Source of the DNA: Octopus bimaculoides
Taxonomy: Eukaryota
Length of the DNA: 32,751 nt
Assembly (NCBI RefSeq): GCF_001194135.2
Contig: NC_068998.1
Coordinates: forward strand, 44,473,489-44,506,239
Reading direction: 5' to 3'
Shown: positions 12,137 through 23,480 of the stretch, one piece after another
Layout of the letters: each line of letters opens with the position of its first letter
Numbering within the stretch: position 1 is the stretch's first letter
Position numbers and translations under genes: made by a program
The notes under the pieces: generated by a model
Seen by the model: only the letters and a program-made list of their open reading frames with translations
Databases searched by the model: none
What the model was told of the DNA's origin: nothing

Positions 12137-12393
12137 GTCAAGTGATGGTGTGTGGACAAACACACACACACACGCACACACACATATGTGTGTGCATGTA
12201 TTTGTGTATGTGTCTGTGTTTGTCATATATATATATATACGACAGGACTCTTTCAGTTTCCGTCTACCAAATCCACTCACAAGGCTTTGGTCAGCCTGAG
12301 GCTATAGTAGTAGACACTTATCCAAGATGCCATGCAGTGGGACTGAACCTAGAGCCATGTGATTGGTAAGCAAGCTACTTACTACACAGACAC
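12137..12393 (-). mobile_element. SINE family A (head and microsatellite, tail truncated)
   Basis: ttcagtttccgtctaccaaatccactcacaaggctttggtcagcctgaggctatag..gtaagcaagctacttactacacag. Confidence 0.9.
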
Positions 12394-12502
12394 TTATATG
12401 TATACTTCAAAGTTGTACTTGTTTAGTAAACGACTTGATTGTAGAATGTGCTGAAACTGAAGCAATTACAACAGTGAAGAATTATATTAGCCATTTAGAA
12501 CA

Positions 12503-12561
<59 letters not shown>

Positions 12562-13089
12562 CTTTTAAATACACATTTCATATATTTCTTGAGGCGTCAA
12601 AATCTATTTCACACAACTTTGAGCTGGTCAATGGCATAGTTACACTGCAGCAAGTTCAACCATATCAATGACTTGGTAACAGTTATGTGATGAAAATTTT
12701 GACACCTGGAGAAATGAATACAGAAATGAATTTAACAGATTAACTGCTTTGACAATCTGGCAAACTAATTAAATATTCATCTAAAGCATTAAATATTGCA
12801 TTAAGATATTGACACAATAACAAAAAGGTATGCCCATAACATATTTTATCACACTGGAATGGTTTTTCTGACCAAAGTACACATACAGACATGCATATAT
12901 AGATACAGTATTGTGTGTGTGGGTGTTTGTGTATGCATGTACATTCACACACACACACATATGTATATATATATAATATATGTGTGTGCATGTACATAAA
13001 CACACATATATATATATAATTTGTGTGTATATGTAAATGCACACACTTATGCACATACACACTCAGGCACATTTCTATTTATATGCCAA

Positions 13090-13599
13090 CCTTCCTTCAT
13101 TGAACACTAAACTCAGCTTGCAAAGATCTGTTGGGGCAAGTGAGATCGAAACTGAACCAAATTTGATAACTGGCACCCATGCCAGTGGAGTGCTAACAGC
13201 ACCATCAAAGCGGGATCACTGCCAGAGCAGCGGTCTCGCTTCTGTGCTGGTGGCACGTAAAAAGCACCATTTGAGCGCGATTGTTTACAGCTTTGCCTCA
13301 CTGGCACTTGTGCCGGTGGCATGTGAACAAAACGTTGAACTGACTCCTGTGCAGGTGGCACATAAAAAAACACCATTTGAACATGGCTGTTGCCAGTACC
13401 GGCGGACTGGCCCTCGTGCCGGTGGCACGTAAAAAGCACCCACTACACTCTCGGAGTGGTTGGCATTAGGAAGGGCATCCAGCTGTAGAAACTCTGCCAG
13501 ATCAGATTGGAGTGTAGTGTAGCCATCTGGTTCGCCAGTCCTCAGTCAAATCGTCCAACCTATGCTAGCATGGAAAGCAGACATTAAATGATGATGATA
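13090..13599 (+). mobile_element. Long SINE family B copy with internal tandem repeats and (GAT)n tail
   Basis: Four gtgccggtggcac units (13244, 13310, 13349, 13416); 3' end ggttggcattaggaagggcatccagctgtagaaac..atgctagcatggaaagcagacattaaatgatgatgat. Confidence 0.85.
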
Positions 13600-13624
13600 A
13601 AGAACTGCCATGGCACTTTGACAA

Positions 13625-13770
13625 GAACAAGTTTGACTTTATCTTTCATTCTTTCAGGGTTAATATAATAAATACCAGTTGAGCCCTAGAATCGATAGTA
13701 ATGACTAGGCAGACCCCTTTCTCAAAATTTCAGGCTGTGTGCCCATAACAGAAAAAAGAAAAAATAATTA
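13625..13770 (+). mobile_element. Degenerate SINE family C fragment
   Basis: gactttatctttcattctttcagggttaatataataaataccagttgag..atcgatagtaatgact resembles 26120-26220. Confidence 0.5.
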
Positions 13771-14175
13771 TTAAAACTAAAAGCTTTTTACATTAATATA
13801 AAGTTGACCTTGGTTTTACTAAAGGATCGTTTATATCATTGTATAATGTATTTTGTGTGTACATTCATAGAAGTAACAAAAGAAACCAACTTTAAATCAG
13901 CAACAACATTATTCCTTCATAAAGTGGTACAGTGGACCAAAGCAAGAAACATAACAAATTCTGTTTTTGTTGTTCAGCCATCATTTTGATAAGCCAGCTT
14001 GGGTCATCGTTGGTTATATAGGATCCGTTGTATATTAATTGTCCTCAGAAAGGTAGGATCTGCCTAACTCTCACTCCACTGACATGTAAATAATGTGTTG
14101 CATCAATTTATTGTGAAAATGAGGCTCCAGGACACAAGCAGCATTAGTTGTTTGAAATATATTACGTGCAATGTG

Positions 14176-14390
14176 ATTGGATCTTCAATCCAATAGCCAC
14201 ACATCACTCAGCCAATCATAACACAGGACACAACAAAGGTCCAAAACACTCATAGGATAGGTGTGTTAACCAATCACTACAGATTTACTTGATGAACCAA
14301 TATAAGTCAAATGTTTTCAATATGCATTAATAGAAATTGGTCCTGCTACAAGCTGACAGAATCCTTAGAATGCTGTAAGAAATGCCCAAT
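14176..14390. promoter_or_regulatory. Cluster of seven CCAAT boxes (candidate NF-Y promoter/enhancer)
   Basis: CCAAT/ATTGG at 14176, 14190, 14212, 14270, 14297, 14336, 14386, including agccaatca and aaccaatca. Confidence 0.4.
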
Positions 14391-14456
14391 AATATTTCTT
14401 GAATTTTTTATTCACTGAATTCAAATATCACTGAGGTTAAGTTTACTTTTTTACTC

Positions 14457-15237
14457 ATTTACTTGTTTCAGTCATTTTAACTGTGGCCATGCTGGAGCAC
14501 CGCATTTAGTCGAGCAAATCGACCCCAGGACTTATTCTTTGTAAGCTTAGTACTTATTCTATTGGTCTCTTTGGCTGAACCGATAAGTTACCGGGACGTA
14601 AATACACCAGCATCAGTTGTCAAGCGATGTTGGGGGGGACAAACATAGACACATAAACATATACACACATACATATATATATATATATATATTTATAAAA
14701 AAGAAGTTTGAAAACGCCAATATATAAAAAATGAATTTTAATTTAACATGTTTCGGTTCTTGTAAAAACGAACCTTATCAAAACTACATATTTAATAAAA
14801 TGAAATTAAATGAAGGGTTCGTNNNNNNNNNNNNNNNNNNNNNNNNNNNNNNNNNNNNNNNNNNNNNNNNNNNNNNNNNNNNNNNNNNNNNNNNNNNNNN
14901 NNNNNNNNNNNNNNNNNNNNNNNNNNNNNNNNNNNNNNNNNNNNNNNNNNNNNNNNNNNNNNNNNNNNNNNNNNNNNNNNNNNNNNNNNNNNNNNNNNNN
15001 NNNNNNNNNNNNNNNNNNNNNNNNNNNNNNNNNNNNNNNNNNNNNNNNNNNNNNNNNNNNNNNNNNNNNNNNNNNNNNNNNNNNNNNNNNNNNNNNNNNN
15101 NNNNNNNNNNNNNNNNNNNNNAATATATACCCACTCGTATGCCACTTACACTTGTTTATCAATATATATATATATATATATATATTTGGGCTTCTTTTCA
15201 GTTTCCATCTACCAAATCCACTCACAAGGCTTTGTCC
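14457..15237 (-). mobile_element. SINE family A split at its (TA)n: tail 14457-14692, truncated head 15188-15237, with an insertion (and gap) between
   Basis: Both parts match the corresponding halves of 5927-6275 in the same orientation. Confidence 0.75.
14741..14785 (-). ncRNA. Minimal type-I hammerhead-like motif (U3-A8 core variant)
   Basis: Minus strand: agtt UUGAUAA GGUUC guuuuuacaa GAACC GAA ACAUGU U / aaau; 5-bp perfect stem II, palindromic stem III, imperfect stem I. Confidence 0.55.
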
Positions 15238-15557
15238 TTTAAGCAGAAAGGCTTATAATTATTATTATTGTTATTATTATTATTAGTAGTAGTTGTTTTA
15301 ATGTCAATAGACTAGATATTAAACAATAATAAATTTATTATTTCACTACTATAAAGCTAAACATCTGCATACAAACATGAAGGTTTTATTAAAAATGATA
15401 TTTTTCTTAGATTTTTTTATTTTTTATATTTTGATATTTTAAGATGGTATTGATATCATGATGTTTAATTTGTGGCCTAACTGAATTGAAAAAGGGAGCT
15501 TTTGTGTGGGATTTATTATATTTGATTTTTGTCTCTATAAAAGCTTTGCGTGTTTAG

Positions 15558-15578
15558 TGAGTTCTATGCTTTAATCAG
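15558..15578 (+). CDS. Weak candidate 21-nt microexon (only phase 2 open: EFYALI)
   Basis: ctttgcgtgtttag|tgagttctatgctttaatcag|gtaaag; alternative non-3n splice sites also possible. Confidence 0.12.
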
Positions 15579-16650
15579 GTAAAGGAAAAAAAATTCTCTT
15601 ACAACAGTTGTAGCAAGAGAACCCCATTATTGTAAAGGTTTAGCACATCTTATTAATAGCTCTTCATAATGGAAAGTAGAATACTAAAGACAGCAGACAG
15701 TATAATAAAGTTTAGGAAAGTCAGGTTAAGTTGTTTATTTGGAAGAGTAATAACGCAATGTGCAAGTGTTATAACTAACAAACATGCTTAAATCTGCTCT
15801 AACTGATCATGAGAATTCTGCAAAGATAGAAAGAATGCTAATAATTGTGCATAGTCAAATCTAATTTCAAATATATTTACAAAGGCTAGGACCCAAAATA
15901 CTGATAGGAAAATTTTCAAAATTAAATCTACTGTACAAACAGCATGTCACTGCAGTATTCAATCAGAAGATTAATCTAATAAACGATAGTAAAGGGAGTG
16001 TACGTGAAGATGCTAAGATACATTGATTAAAATGTATGAGTCTAATCAAGAATTCTATTACTTTGGCTGGTATGGCATGAGTAATTAATTAACAAATTGA
16101 CAGAGTCAAAACACTCGTTATTAAGTGATGAACCAATGTGATATAAGAATCACAAAAATAATGTGCTTGTTTGCAAAGTATTTTACAGATAAACACTAAA
16201 GAGTGCAAACATCCATTTTAAGGATAATTCCTGTTGTTTCAGTAACTAGTGGACGTCTTTGTAATGGAATTGGAAGTTTTTCAACGATGGACAACATTGA
16301 TATAAATAATTGCATTGGACTGAGGACAATGGAGCAAATAATATTAGTGATCAGTATAACTCAGAGTATTTGAAAGGGAGAAATATGAACCCCGTTATTA
16401 CATTCATTAAAATGCGCATGTCAGCTTAACTTGATGCTGCCAAAAGGCATGTGCTTGCTTGCCTTCTAATTTAACTTTCTTGATATCAGAAATTTTTAAT
16501 TGGCTTAGAGTTAGTGCTCTTCATCAAGTTGATTACAAGAATATTTATTCAGTAATGAATGATGAAGATACAGACTATCAAAAATTTGTCAACCCAAGCA
16601 GAACTCAACACTTGGTTGTTCACATTGAAATATGTGCAGACAATCCAGTA

Positions 16651-16830
16651 GCAGGAGTGGCTGTGTGGTAAGTAGCTTGCTTACCAACCACATGGTTCCG
16701 GGTTCAGTCCCACTGCGTGGCACCTTGGGCAAGTGTTTTCTACTATAGCCTCGGGCCGACCAAAGACTTGTGAGTGGATTTGGTAGACGGAAACGGAAAG
16801 AAGCTCGTCGTATATATATATATATATATA
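16651..16830 (+). mobile_element. Young tRNA-derived SINE family A with intact Pol III boxes, inserted at the 5' edge of or within the hAT fossil
   Basis: A-box TGGCTGTGTGG 16658-16668, B-box GGTTCAGTCCC 16701-16711, CORE-like accttgggcaagt, ends in (TA)n. Confidence 0.92.
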
Positions 16831-16989
16831 GCAACATTTCTTTTAAGGTATCTTAATCTAGATAATGGTAAGTATGAGGGTACAAGAATGATTTCTTTAG
16901 CTTGCAGATTGTAGCAATAAATACAGAAAATGAGTACAGGATCCCTACTTGATGTTGTTGGAGAAAGTTCGTTGGTACCTAAACAATAG

Positions 16990-18290
16990 TCACACATTGC
17001 CCCATGTGGTTGCCTTATTCTCAATTTGTGTGAAAACAATTCAACTGGTGTGGTATACCAAGAGACTTAACTTATTTTGAAACAATAAGATTTATAACTT
17101 AAATTTAGGATTTACTAAAAGTTACATAGATTCCTGTTTATAGAACAAGTCATAAGCCAGGTGGTCTGTTAGACTTGAAAGTATCAAACCTTTTAAACCT
17201 TACCTTAACATTCGGTGAGCTTTACAAGCTCTTTTTAGATCTTAACGGCTTAAACAAGGGAAGAAGTAAAAGACGAAAAGCATTATATCTAAAAGATTTG
17301 TTTGTGTGATCATGTCAGTTCTTTGGATGGTGATGGGTTCAAGAGATATGGCTTGTGGATGCCAGATTTTAGAATAGATACACCATATGTCTGCTTGCTG
17401 GAAGAAGTGACTGAAAGGATTGCTATCGGTATGGGTTTCCATCTAGAAAAATTCTTCCTCCAAAAGTCCTATCCAATTCATGCAAGCATTAAAAAACTAT
17501 GAACGATGGGGGATGATTGTTGTTGTTTGTTGCTGATGGTGATGAGGATGATGATGAGGGGGAGGGGGGAATTTAAGCCAGAGATGCCGCCTCAGATGAA
17601 GCGAAAGAAGTAGCATCTGCTCTTCTGATAAAAACCAAACTTTCCCTGTGAATAGTGAGTTAAGAGTAAGAAGAAGCATGCATGACCAAACAGCATCTGT
17701 TGTTATCCTGGTAAGAAAGATTCATCTGCAAAAGACTGACACTTCAGAAAAAAAGTCTGTTTCATGTTCACGTTGACAATGTTATTGCAATACTAACCAC
17801 ACATTTTAATGTTGTGAAGCAGATGGTTGAAAATTTTTGTTTTCTTACAGAAATATTCCACAAGACCTGGAAATGGGCTGGCATAAAACAGCAAATAGCT
17901 TAGCACACATATATGCTTCTTATATTTATGATGAACATTTTGAAACATGAATAAAATATTTACTGTCGGTACTTAAAGCAAATTTTGGAAAATCAGAACT
18001 GAAACCTTTAGAATTGCAATGATTATTATGACTACAAACTTTGTAAGATGTTTTCAAATGTTTGTGCTAGTTCGAAAATATTGTTGACAATTCTAGTTAT
18101 TGTAGTATCAACAGAAAGATCTTTTAGCGAGCATCTCAAAAACTTTTTATGATCAGCCGTGTCTCAAATCTGACATGTTGATTTACCAAGACCAAATAGT
18201 GAGTGAAGTATTGCCACAGAAATTGATTTTGATAGTGTTATTAGAAATGTTGCAAATAAAAAAGCCAGAAAAGCTCATTTCATTAGCTGT
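16990..18290 (+). pseudogene. Decayed hAT (ZMYM1-like) transposase; probably extends upstream to about 15800
   Basis: Collinear motifs: HIAPCGCLILNLC (16993; CxxH region), ARWSVRLESIKPF (17156), KRFVCVIMSVLW (17291), DEAKEVASAL (17595), FHVHVDNVIAILTTHF (17760), MFSNVCASSKILLTILVIVVSTERSFS..IDFDSVIRNVANKKARKAHF (18048-18283; hAT dimerisation domain); many stops and frameshifts. Confidence 0.85.
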
Positions 18291-18709
18291 TTTGGCTTAT
18301 CATTGCTTTGTACAAAGTATATTGTCTGGTCAATCTAGTGCACAGGCAATAAAACATAGACGAAAGTTTACCAATGGTCATATTCCGTTAAGCAGAGATT
18401 AGCTATCATCTTCAATTATATTTTCATATTCATACACCAAAAGTTGTCTGTTCTGTTCAAATTTTTGCTATAACCATATTTCCCTACAAAGAAGTTGGGA
18501 AAACACTACATCTGGTCTATATTATATGTACCACATTATATTTATTGATATGACTTAATTGAAGAGAGATTGAAGGTTCATTTGAACCTTAAATCCTTAA
18601 TTTTGATCAGAGCATAACTTTGATGGAGATGAAAATAGTCTTGTTCTAGCTTGTAAAATTTCTTTTGGAAAGTGTATGAGTGTGTTCATCTCTCCCTCTC
18701 TCTCTCTCA

Positions 18710-18773
<64 letters not shown>

Positions 18774-19823
18774 CTCTTAAATAAGTATATTATCGAGACT
18801 GACTTCAAATTTCAGCCAGCTAAACCATTGTTGGACAACGATTTAGCTGACCAAAATTTCGAAGTTACTGTCAATATTTTTTTGTTTAAGTATAATAAAT
18901 TTGTACTCTAAAAAATTATAGAGTAACTCATCAGATTGATGTAAAATTGTTTTATTATAACTGAACATGAAAACAAACATTAATATATATAAATATATAT
19001 ATAAATATATATATATATATATGCATATCTATATATAGAATCTCTATCAGTATGTATAATGATAGTAATTTCAAATATTGTAATAGCATTTCATTGTTTT
19101 CTAATTTTCTACATCTATTTACATAATAACACTATAATAAAGTGAATATTGTCACCACTCCTTACAAATCTGTCATTCTCCACTATATGTATACAAATAT
19201 GTATGTACATATATATATATATATACATGTATATACATACACACACTAAGTTATACATATGCACATATATGTATATACACACTTGTATTGCAGCACTATA
19301 CTTCAATGTACCTGTCGTATAGCAATTACTCTTCAATACACCTATAAACACCCATGGTACAGTATATATATATATATNNNNNNNNNNNNNNNNNNNNNNN
19401 NNNNNNNNNNNNNNNNNNNNNNNNNNNNNNNNNNNNNNNNNNNNNNNNNNNNNNNNNNNNNNNNNNNNNNNNNNNNNNNNNNNNNNNNNNNNNNNNNNNN
19501 NNNNNNNNNNNNNNNNNNNNNNNNNNNNNNNNNNNNNNNNNNNNNNNNNNNNNNNNNNNNNNNNNNNNNNNNNNNNNNNNNNNNNNNNNNNNNNNNNNNN
19601 NNNNNNNNNNNNNNNNNNNNNNNNNNNNNNNNNNNNNNNNNNNNNNNNNNNNNNNNNNNNNNNNNNNNNNNNNNNNNNNNNNNNNNNNNNNNNNNNNNNN
19701 NNNNNNNNNNNNNNNNNNNNNNNNNNNNNNNNNNNNNNNNNNTATATATATATATATAGTATTAATAATATAGATGGAATGTGTAATATTCGTCATCTAT
19801 TTATATATTTTGTATAATTTCTC

Positions 19824-19861
<38 letters not shown>

Positions 19862-19889
19862 TATAGCGTTATAGTTATATACTCTGTAG

Positions 19890-20201
19890 CTTAGCACTGT
19901 GCTCATTACAACTATGGCACTTCCAGTTGGTCCTATCGATGGAACAGCCTGCTCATGATATTAATGTACAAGTGGCTGAGCACTCCACACAGGCATGCAT
20001 AGTTTTAACATAGTTCTCAGGGAGATTCAGTATGATACAGAACATGACAAGGCTGGCCCTCTGAAGTATAAGTACAACATAGTTATGTCAGCTGAGTGAA
20101 ATGGAGCAACATGAAGACACAATGTGTCACTGCTAATCAAAATCATGACCTTACTATGAATGTGAGTTAAACACCCTAACCACTGAGCCATGTATCTTCA
20201 C
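19890..20201 (-). mobile_element. SINE family D copy
   Basis: Tail matches 21454-21633 in reverse (ggaacagcctgctcatg..caagtggctgagcactccac); tRNA-like head end taaccactgagcca. Confidence 0.8.
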
Positions 20202-20419
20202 CAACTCTGTTAAAGAGGGATATTAAACAATACATTTCTTCAAGACACTCCATGAGAATTATGGCTGGACTTTTTAGAAATTTTATTTTTGGAATTTTGT
20301 TTCTGAACAACCAACTTTCTACAAGTCTGGATTTTCCCCTCTTCTGGAAATCATATATAAATCAATAGAATGTAAGGAAATTAAACTTGGTCTTCTACAT
20401 CAGTGAGATATTTACTTAC

Positions 20420-20579
20420 CTCACGCTAACCTTACTATACCTTCCGATCTATTATTTATTTATCTATTTTGTTTATTATTTCTTTTCCTTGCAATCCCTG
20501 CCGTGTTCTGACATAATACAAGTCGACTATTCAATATAAAGAACAACTTTCTTCAACTTCTACTTTCTTCTCTTGTGAT
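20420..20579 (-). other. Candidate 160-nt non-coding exon
   Basis: Minus strand ttctaattttattgtgtcag|atcac...gcgtgag|gtaagt; stops in all three frames. Confidence 0.3.
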
Positions 20580-20799
20580 CTGACACAATAAAATTAGAAT
20601 GTCCACCAGAAGAAAGAAGTTTCAGCACGACTAACTAACTTTGGTGATTTTATTAACTTCCTTCACATTTCACACATCTATTAACTAAACTATTTCCAGA
20701 CTCGGCAGATTATTTTAGTTGACATTACTGAATCAGGTGTCTTTATTTCTTTTTTTTTTTGTTTATATATTTATTTGTTTTTGCATTCGTTTTTCTGAG

Positions 20800-20820
20800 A
20801 ATAGAAGCACTGAATATTTG
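20800..20820 (+). CDS. Weak candidate 21-nt microexon (phase 2: IEALNI)
   Basis: Long T-rich tract with tgc, ttctgag|aatagaagcactgaatatttg|gtaagt; the GAG acceptor is atypical and nearer AGs give non-3n lengths. Confidence 0.15.
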
Positions 20821-20904
20821 GTAAGTTGTATTGTACTCCAAAGAACAGCCTAAAAGAACTTAAATAAAGAATAAAATCTCAATGATCCAGTAACCTGTGA
20901 TAAG

Positions 20905-20955
<51 letters not shown>

Positions 20956-21159
20956 AACGGGTACAACACACCTACACATATAAAATCATATACACTTACA
21001 CATGTCATTCTAAGTTCGTTGGAAAAAAATACATATAAACAATGACAAACATTGACTGATAAAAGGATTCAGTTCAAAGATGTTGAGTTAAATTTATAAT
21101 AAAAAAGATGTTGGATGCGGCTTCCAAGTTTAGTTTATCTCAAGTCTTGTTGAAACAGC

Positions 21160-21197
<38 letters not shown>

Positions 21198-21220
21198 CAC
21201 TTTTGTAACTCTCTGATGAC

Positions 21221-21391
21221 TCAACCCTTTAACATATAGATTACTCTGTCAAATGTAATGTTTATTTATCCACATTGTTTTGAATTAATCATACATTATC
21301 TCATAGCTGCAAGAATTCAGTGATGTGATAGAATTTTTTTTAGATTGATATCTTAAGGTAGATGTGAGAAGCCAAATCTTGCTGGTTTAAA
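21221..21391 (+). mobile_element. PiggyBac-like MITE, left half
   Basis: tcaa ccctttaacatatagattactctgtcaaatgtaatg..; homologous to 28814-29010. Confidence 0.6.
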
Positions 21392-21399
21392 CCCTGCTG

Positions 21400-21633
21400 T
21401 ACTCTTCCACCACAACTTTCTCTCACTCTTTCTTCCTGTTTCTGTTGTGCCTGTAATTCAAAGGGTCAGCCTTGTCACACTGTGTCACGCTGAATATCCC
21501 CGAGAACTACGTTAAGGGTACACGTGTCAGTGGAGTGCTCAGCCACTTGCACGTTAATTTCATGAACAGGCTGTTCCATTGATCGGATCGACTGGAACCC
21601 TCGACGTCGTAAGCGATGGAGTGCCAACAACAA
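21400..21633 (+). mobile_element. SINE family D 3' portion (young)
   Basis: cagccttgtcacactgtgtcacgctgaat..ggagtgctcagccacttgcacg..ggagtgccaacaacaa; CpG-rich. Confidence 0.8.
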
Positions 21634-22675
21634 TGAAGTATGCCATTAAAATATTTGAACTCATATTAAAATTTATATTAAAGACTAATTCTTTCTTCTT
21701 AATTTCTAATTTCTACTACAGTTATAAGATATGCATTTCAATTTCTTATGCTTCTTTATATTTTCACTTCCCATTATTTCTACATTATTTCGTATACCCT
21801 TTCTTATTGTTGTTCTTTCATTCAGAGTCTGTCTTGATCCATCAGATTTATGATTAAAGATTGTCCATCTGTGGGCTATCCAGCCTTTTTAATCAAAAAC
21901 ACTGTATCTAAGATTAAATATCCAATGAAATCTTAGATATAATGTAATTCCATCATCCTGTTTTTCAAAAAGATAGCAGGTGAGATTTGAAAGAAATTTA
22001 TCTGTTATTTCTTGTAAGTCTTTTAGTTTGTGGTGGTGATGTTAGCCCATGCCAACTCTGATCCAGTCAACCAATCTTCAAAGGTCTTCCAGTTATAACC
22101 ATGTTTGTTCAAGCATAGTATATCTTGGACTACATGTCTTCCTTGTTTCCTGACTAGTATTTAGGTCAGTCTTGGACCAGAGATTTGGAAGCAATCATTA
22201 ATGGAAAGCTGTCTTTTGACATACAGTCAATTTATATATATATATGTCAGAGGAGAGAGGGAAAGAGAGAGAGATGGAGGGAGAGAGAGAGTTGGAAGAG
22301 AAATATTGATTATCGTTAAACTCTAATTAAAATCAATCTCTTGTGTTACACACATTTCCATAACCAAAAGTTTATTTTCAAAAAAAGTTAACTTTATAAA
22401 ATTTCAATGACTAACTTAAAAAGTTCAATTTGATAAATTCTCAGTTTCAAATCATTTATGTAATAAAAAAGAAACAAATGTTAAAATTGCAAAACTATAA
22501 AAGCAAATAATAACACATTTCAAAATAAAAGCAAATATTCCGCCACTAAAATCCACCTACACATACCCTAGATACCAATTCTACAAGCATGCAGTACTAA
22601 CATTAAATAGTATAATGTATATATTTGTGTCTTTCAATATAATTGACTGAATGCAGCTGACTTAGTAACTCCACT

Positions 22676-23015
22676 TCACAGAACCCCCTGCGCACTTGAA
22701 ACTGCAGATTTCTCTAGTATTGTGTGTCTCTTTTCGACCAATTTTTTCATTAGCACATCTCCTATTACACTGCAAAACGGAATTTTATAAAATTGCTCAA
22801 TGTAATGTTTTATAAACAGAGGAGAGCAAGTGTGTAAAGTTGAGAGGTTTCGAAAGACAAGAAAATAATGCAGGAAAAAATACATAGAAAAGAAAAGAAG
22901 GAAAAATATAAACAAAAAAAGAAGCTTTGTTTTCTTACCATCTTGTTTGGTCACGTAGCAGGAAGAGAGATTTTTTGACACTGTGTAATCTTAGTATGAC
23001 TTTAAAACGTGCCAT
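22676..23015 (-). CDS. Candidate two-exon small ORF (23015-22939 joined to 22769-22676), 56 aa, or last exons of a larger gene
   Basis: 169-nt intron ATG|GTAAGA ... ccgttttgcag; joined frame MARFKVILRLHSVKKSLFLLRDQTRCVIGDVLMKKLVEKRHTILEKSAVSSAQGVL*; Kozak agaATGg; AATAAA near 22372-22377. Confidence 0.35.
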
Positions 23016-23311
23016 TCTATACTGAGTAGCTTACAATAGCTGAGCTATGGTAATAGTTACTGTGGTTGTAATTGTTATTAGTTACTAGACAGAAATCTTT
23101 AGGTTTTTGCCCCTTCTTACAAACCACTCAGTTACCTCAATAATTATAGACCTTACTGGAGGTACATATTATATAGACTAACACCAATGAATATATATTC
23201 ACCTGGGAGTTATATAGAGTTATAGTAATGAAAATATATTCAATCAGAAGCTATGTAGACTGAAAGTAATAACACTATATAATGTTGGCAGCTATATCAG
23301 TGTCACACAAA

Positions 23312-23473
23312 TGGCACCCATGCTGGTGGCATGTAAAAGCACACATTACACTCTTGGAGTGATTGGCATTAGGAAAGCCATCCAGTCATGGAAACCATGC
23401 CAAATCAGACTGGAGTCTGGTGCAGATTGCCAGTCCGTCTAACCCATGCCAGCATGGACAACAGACGTTAAAT
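23312..23473 (+). mobile_element. SINE family B 3' fragment
   Basis: gctggtggcatgtaaaagcac..ggcattaggaaagccatccag..ccatgccagcatggacaacagacgttaaat. Confidence 0.8.
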
Positions 23474-23480
23474 AGTCTGT

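Noticed and set aside
13037-13439. 131-aa and 108-aa overlapping ORFs with repeated VPPAQ/VPVA motifs
   Set aside because: They lie within SINE family B; the repeats are the gtgccggtggcac units
16651-16720. tRNA-like A/B boxes
   Set aside because: No cloverleaf or acceptor stem; it is a SINE head, not a tRNA gene
16862-16867. 6-nt microexon-like ctag|ataatg|gtaagt
   Set aside because: Stop in phase 2, and the sequence is better explained as the hAT DNG motif remnant
17302-17502. 66-aa ORF MCDHVSSLDG...
   Set aside because: Off-frame or partial reading of the hAT fossil
19270-19350. 30-nt microexon-like segment on the minus strand (tatag|..cag|gtacat)
   Set aside because: Isolated; shows that such patterns arise by chance, which limits confidence in the + strand chain
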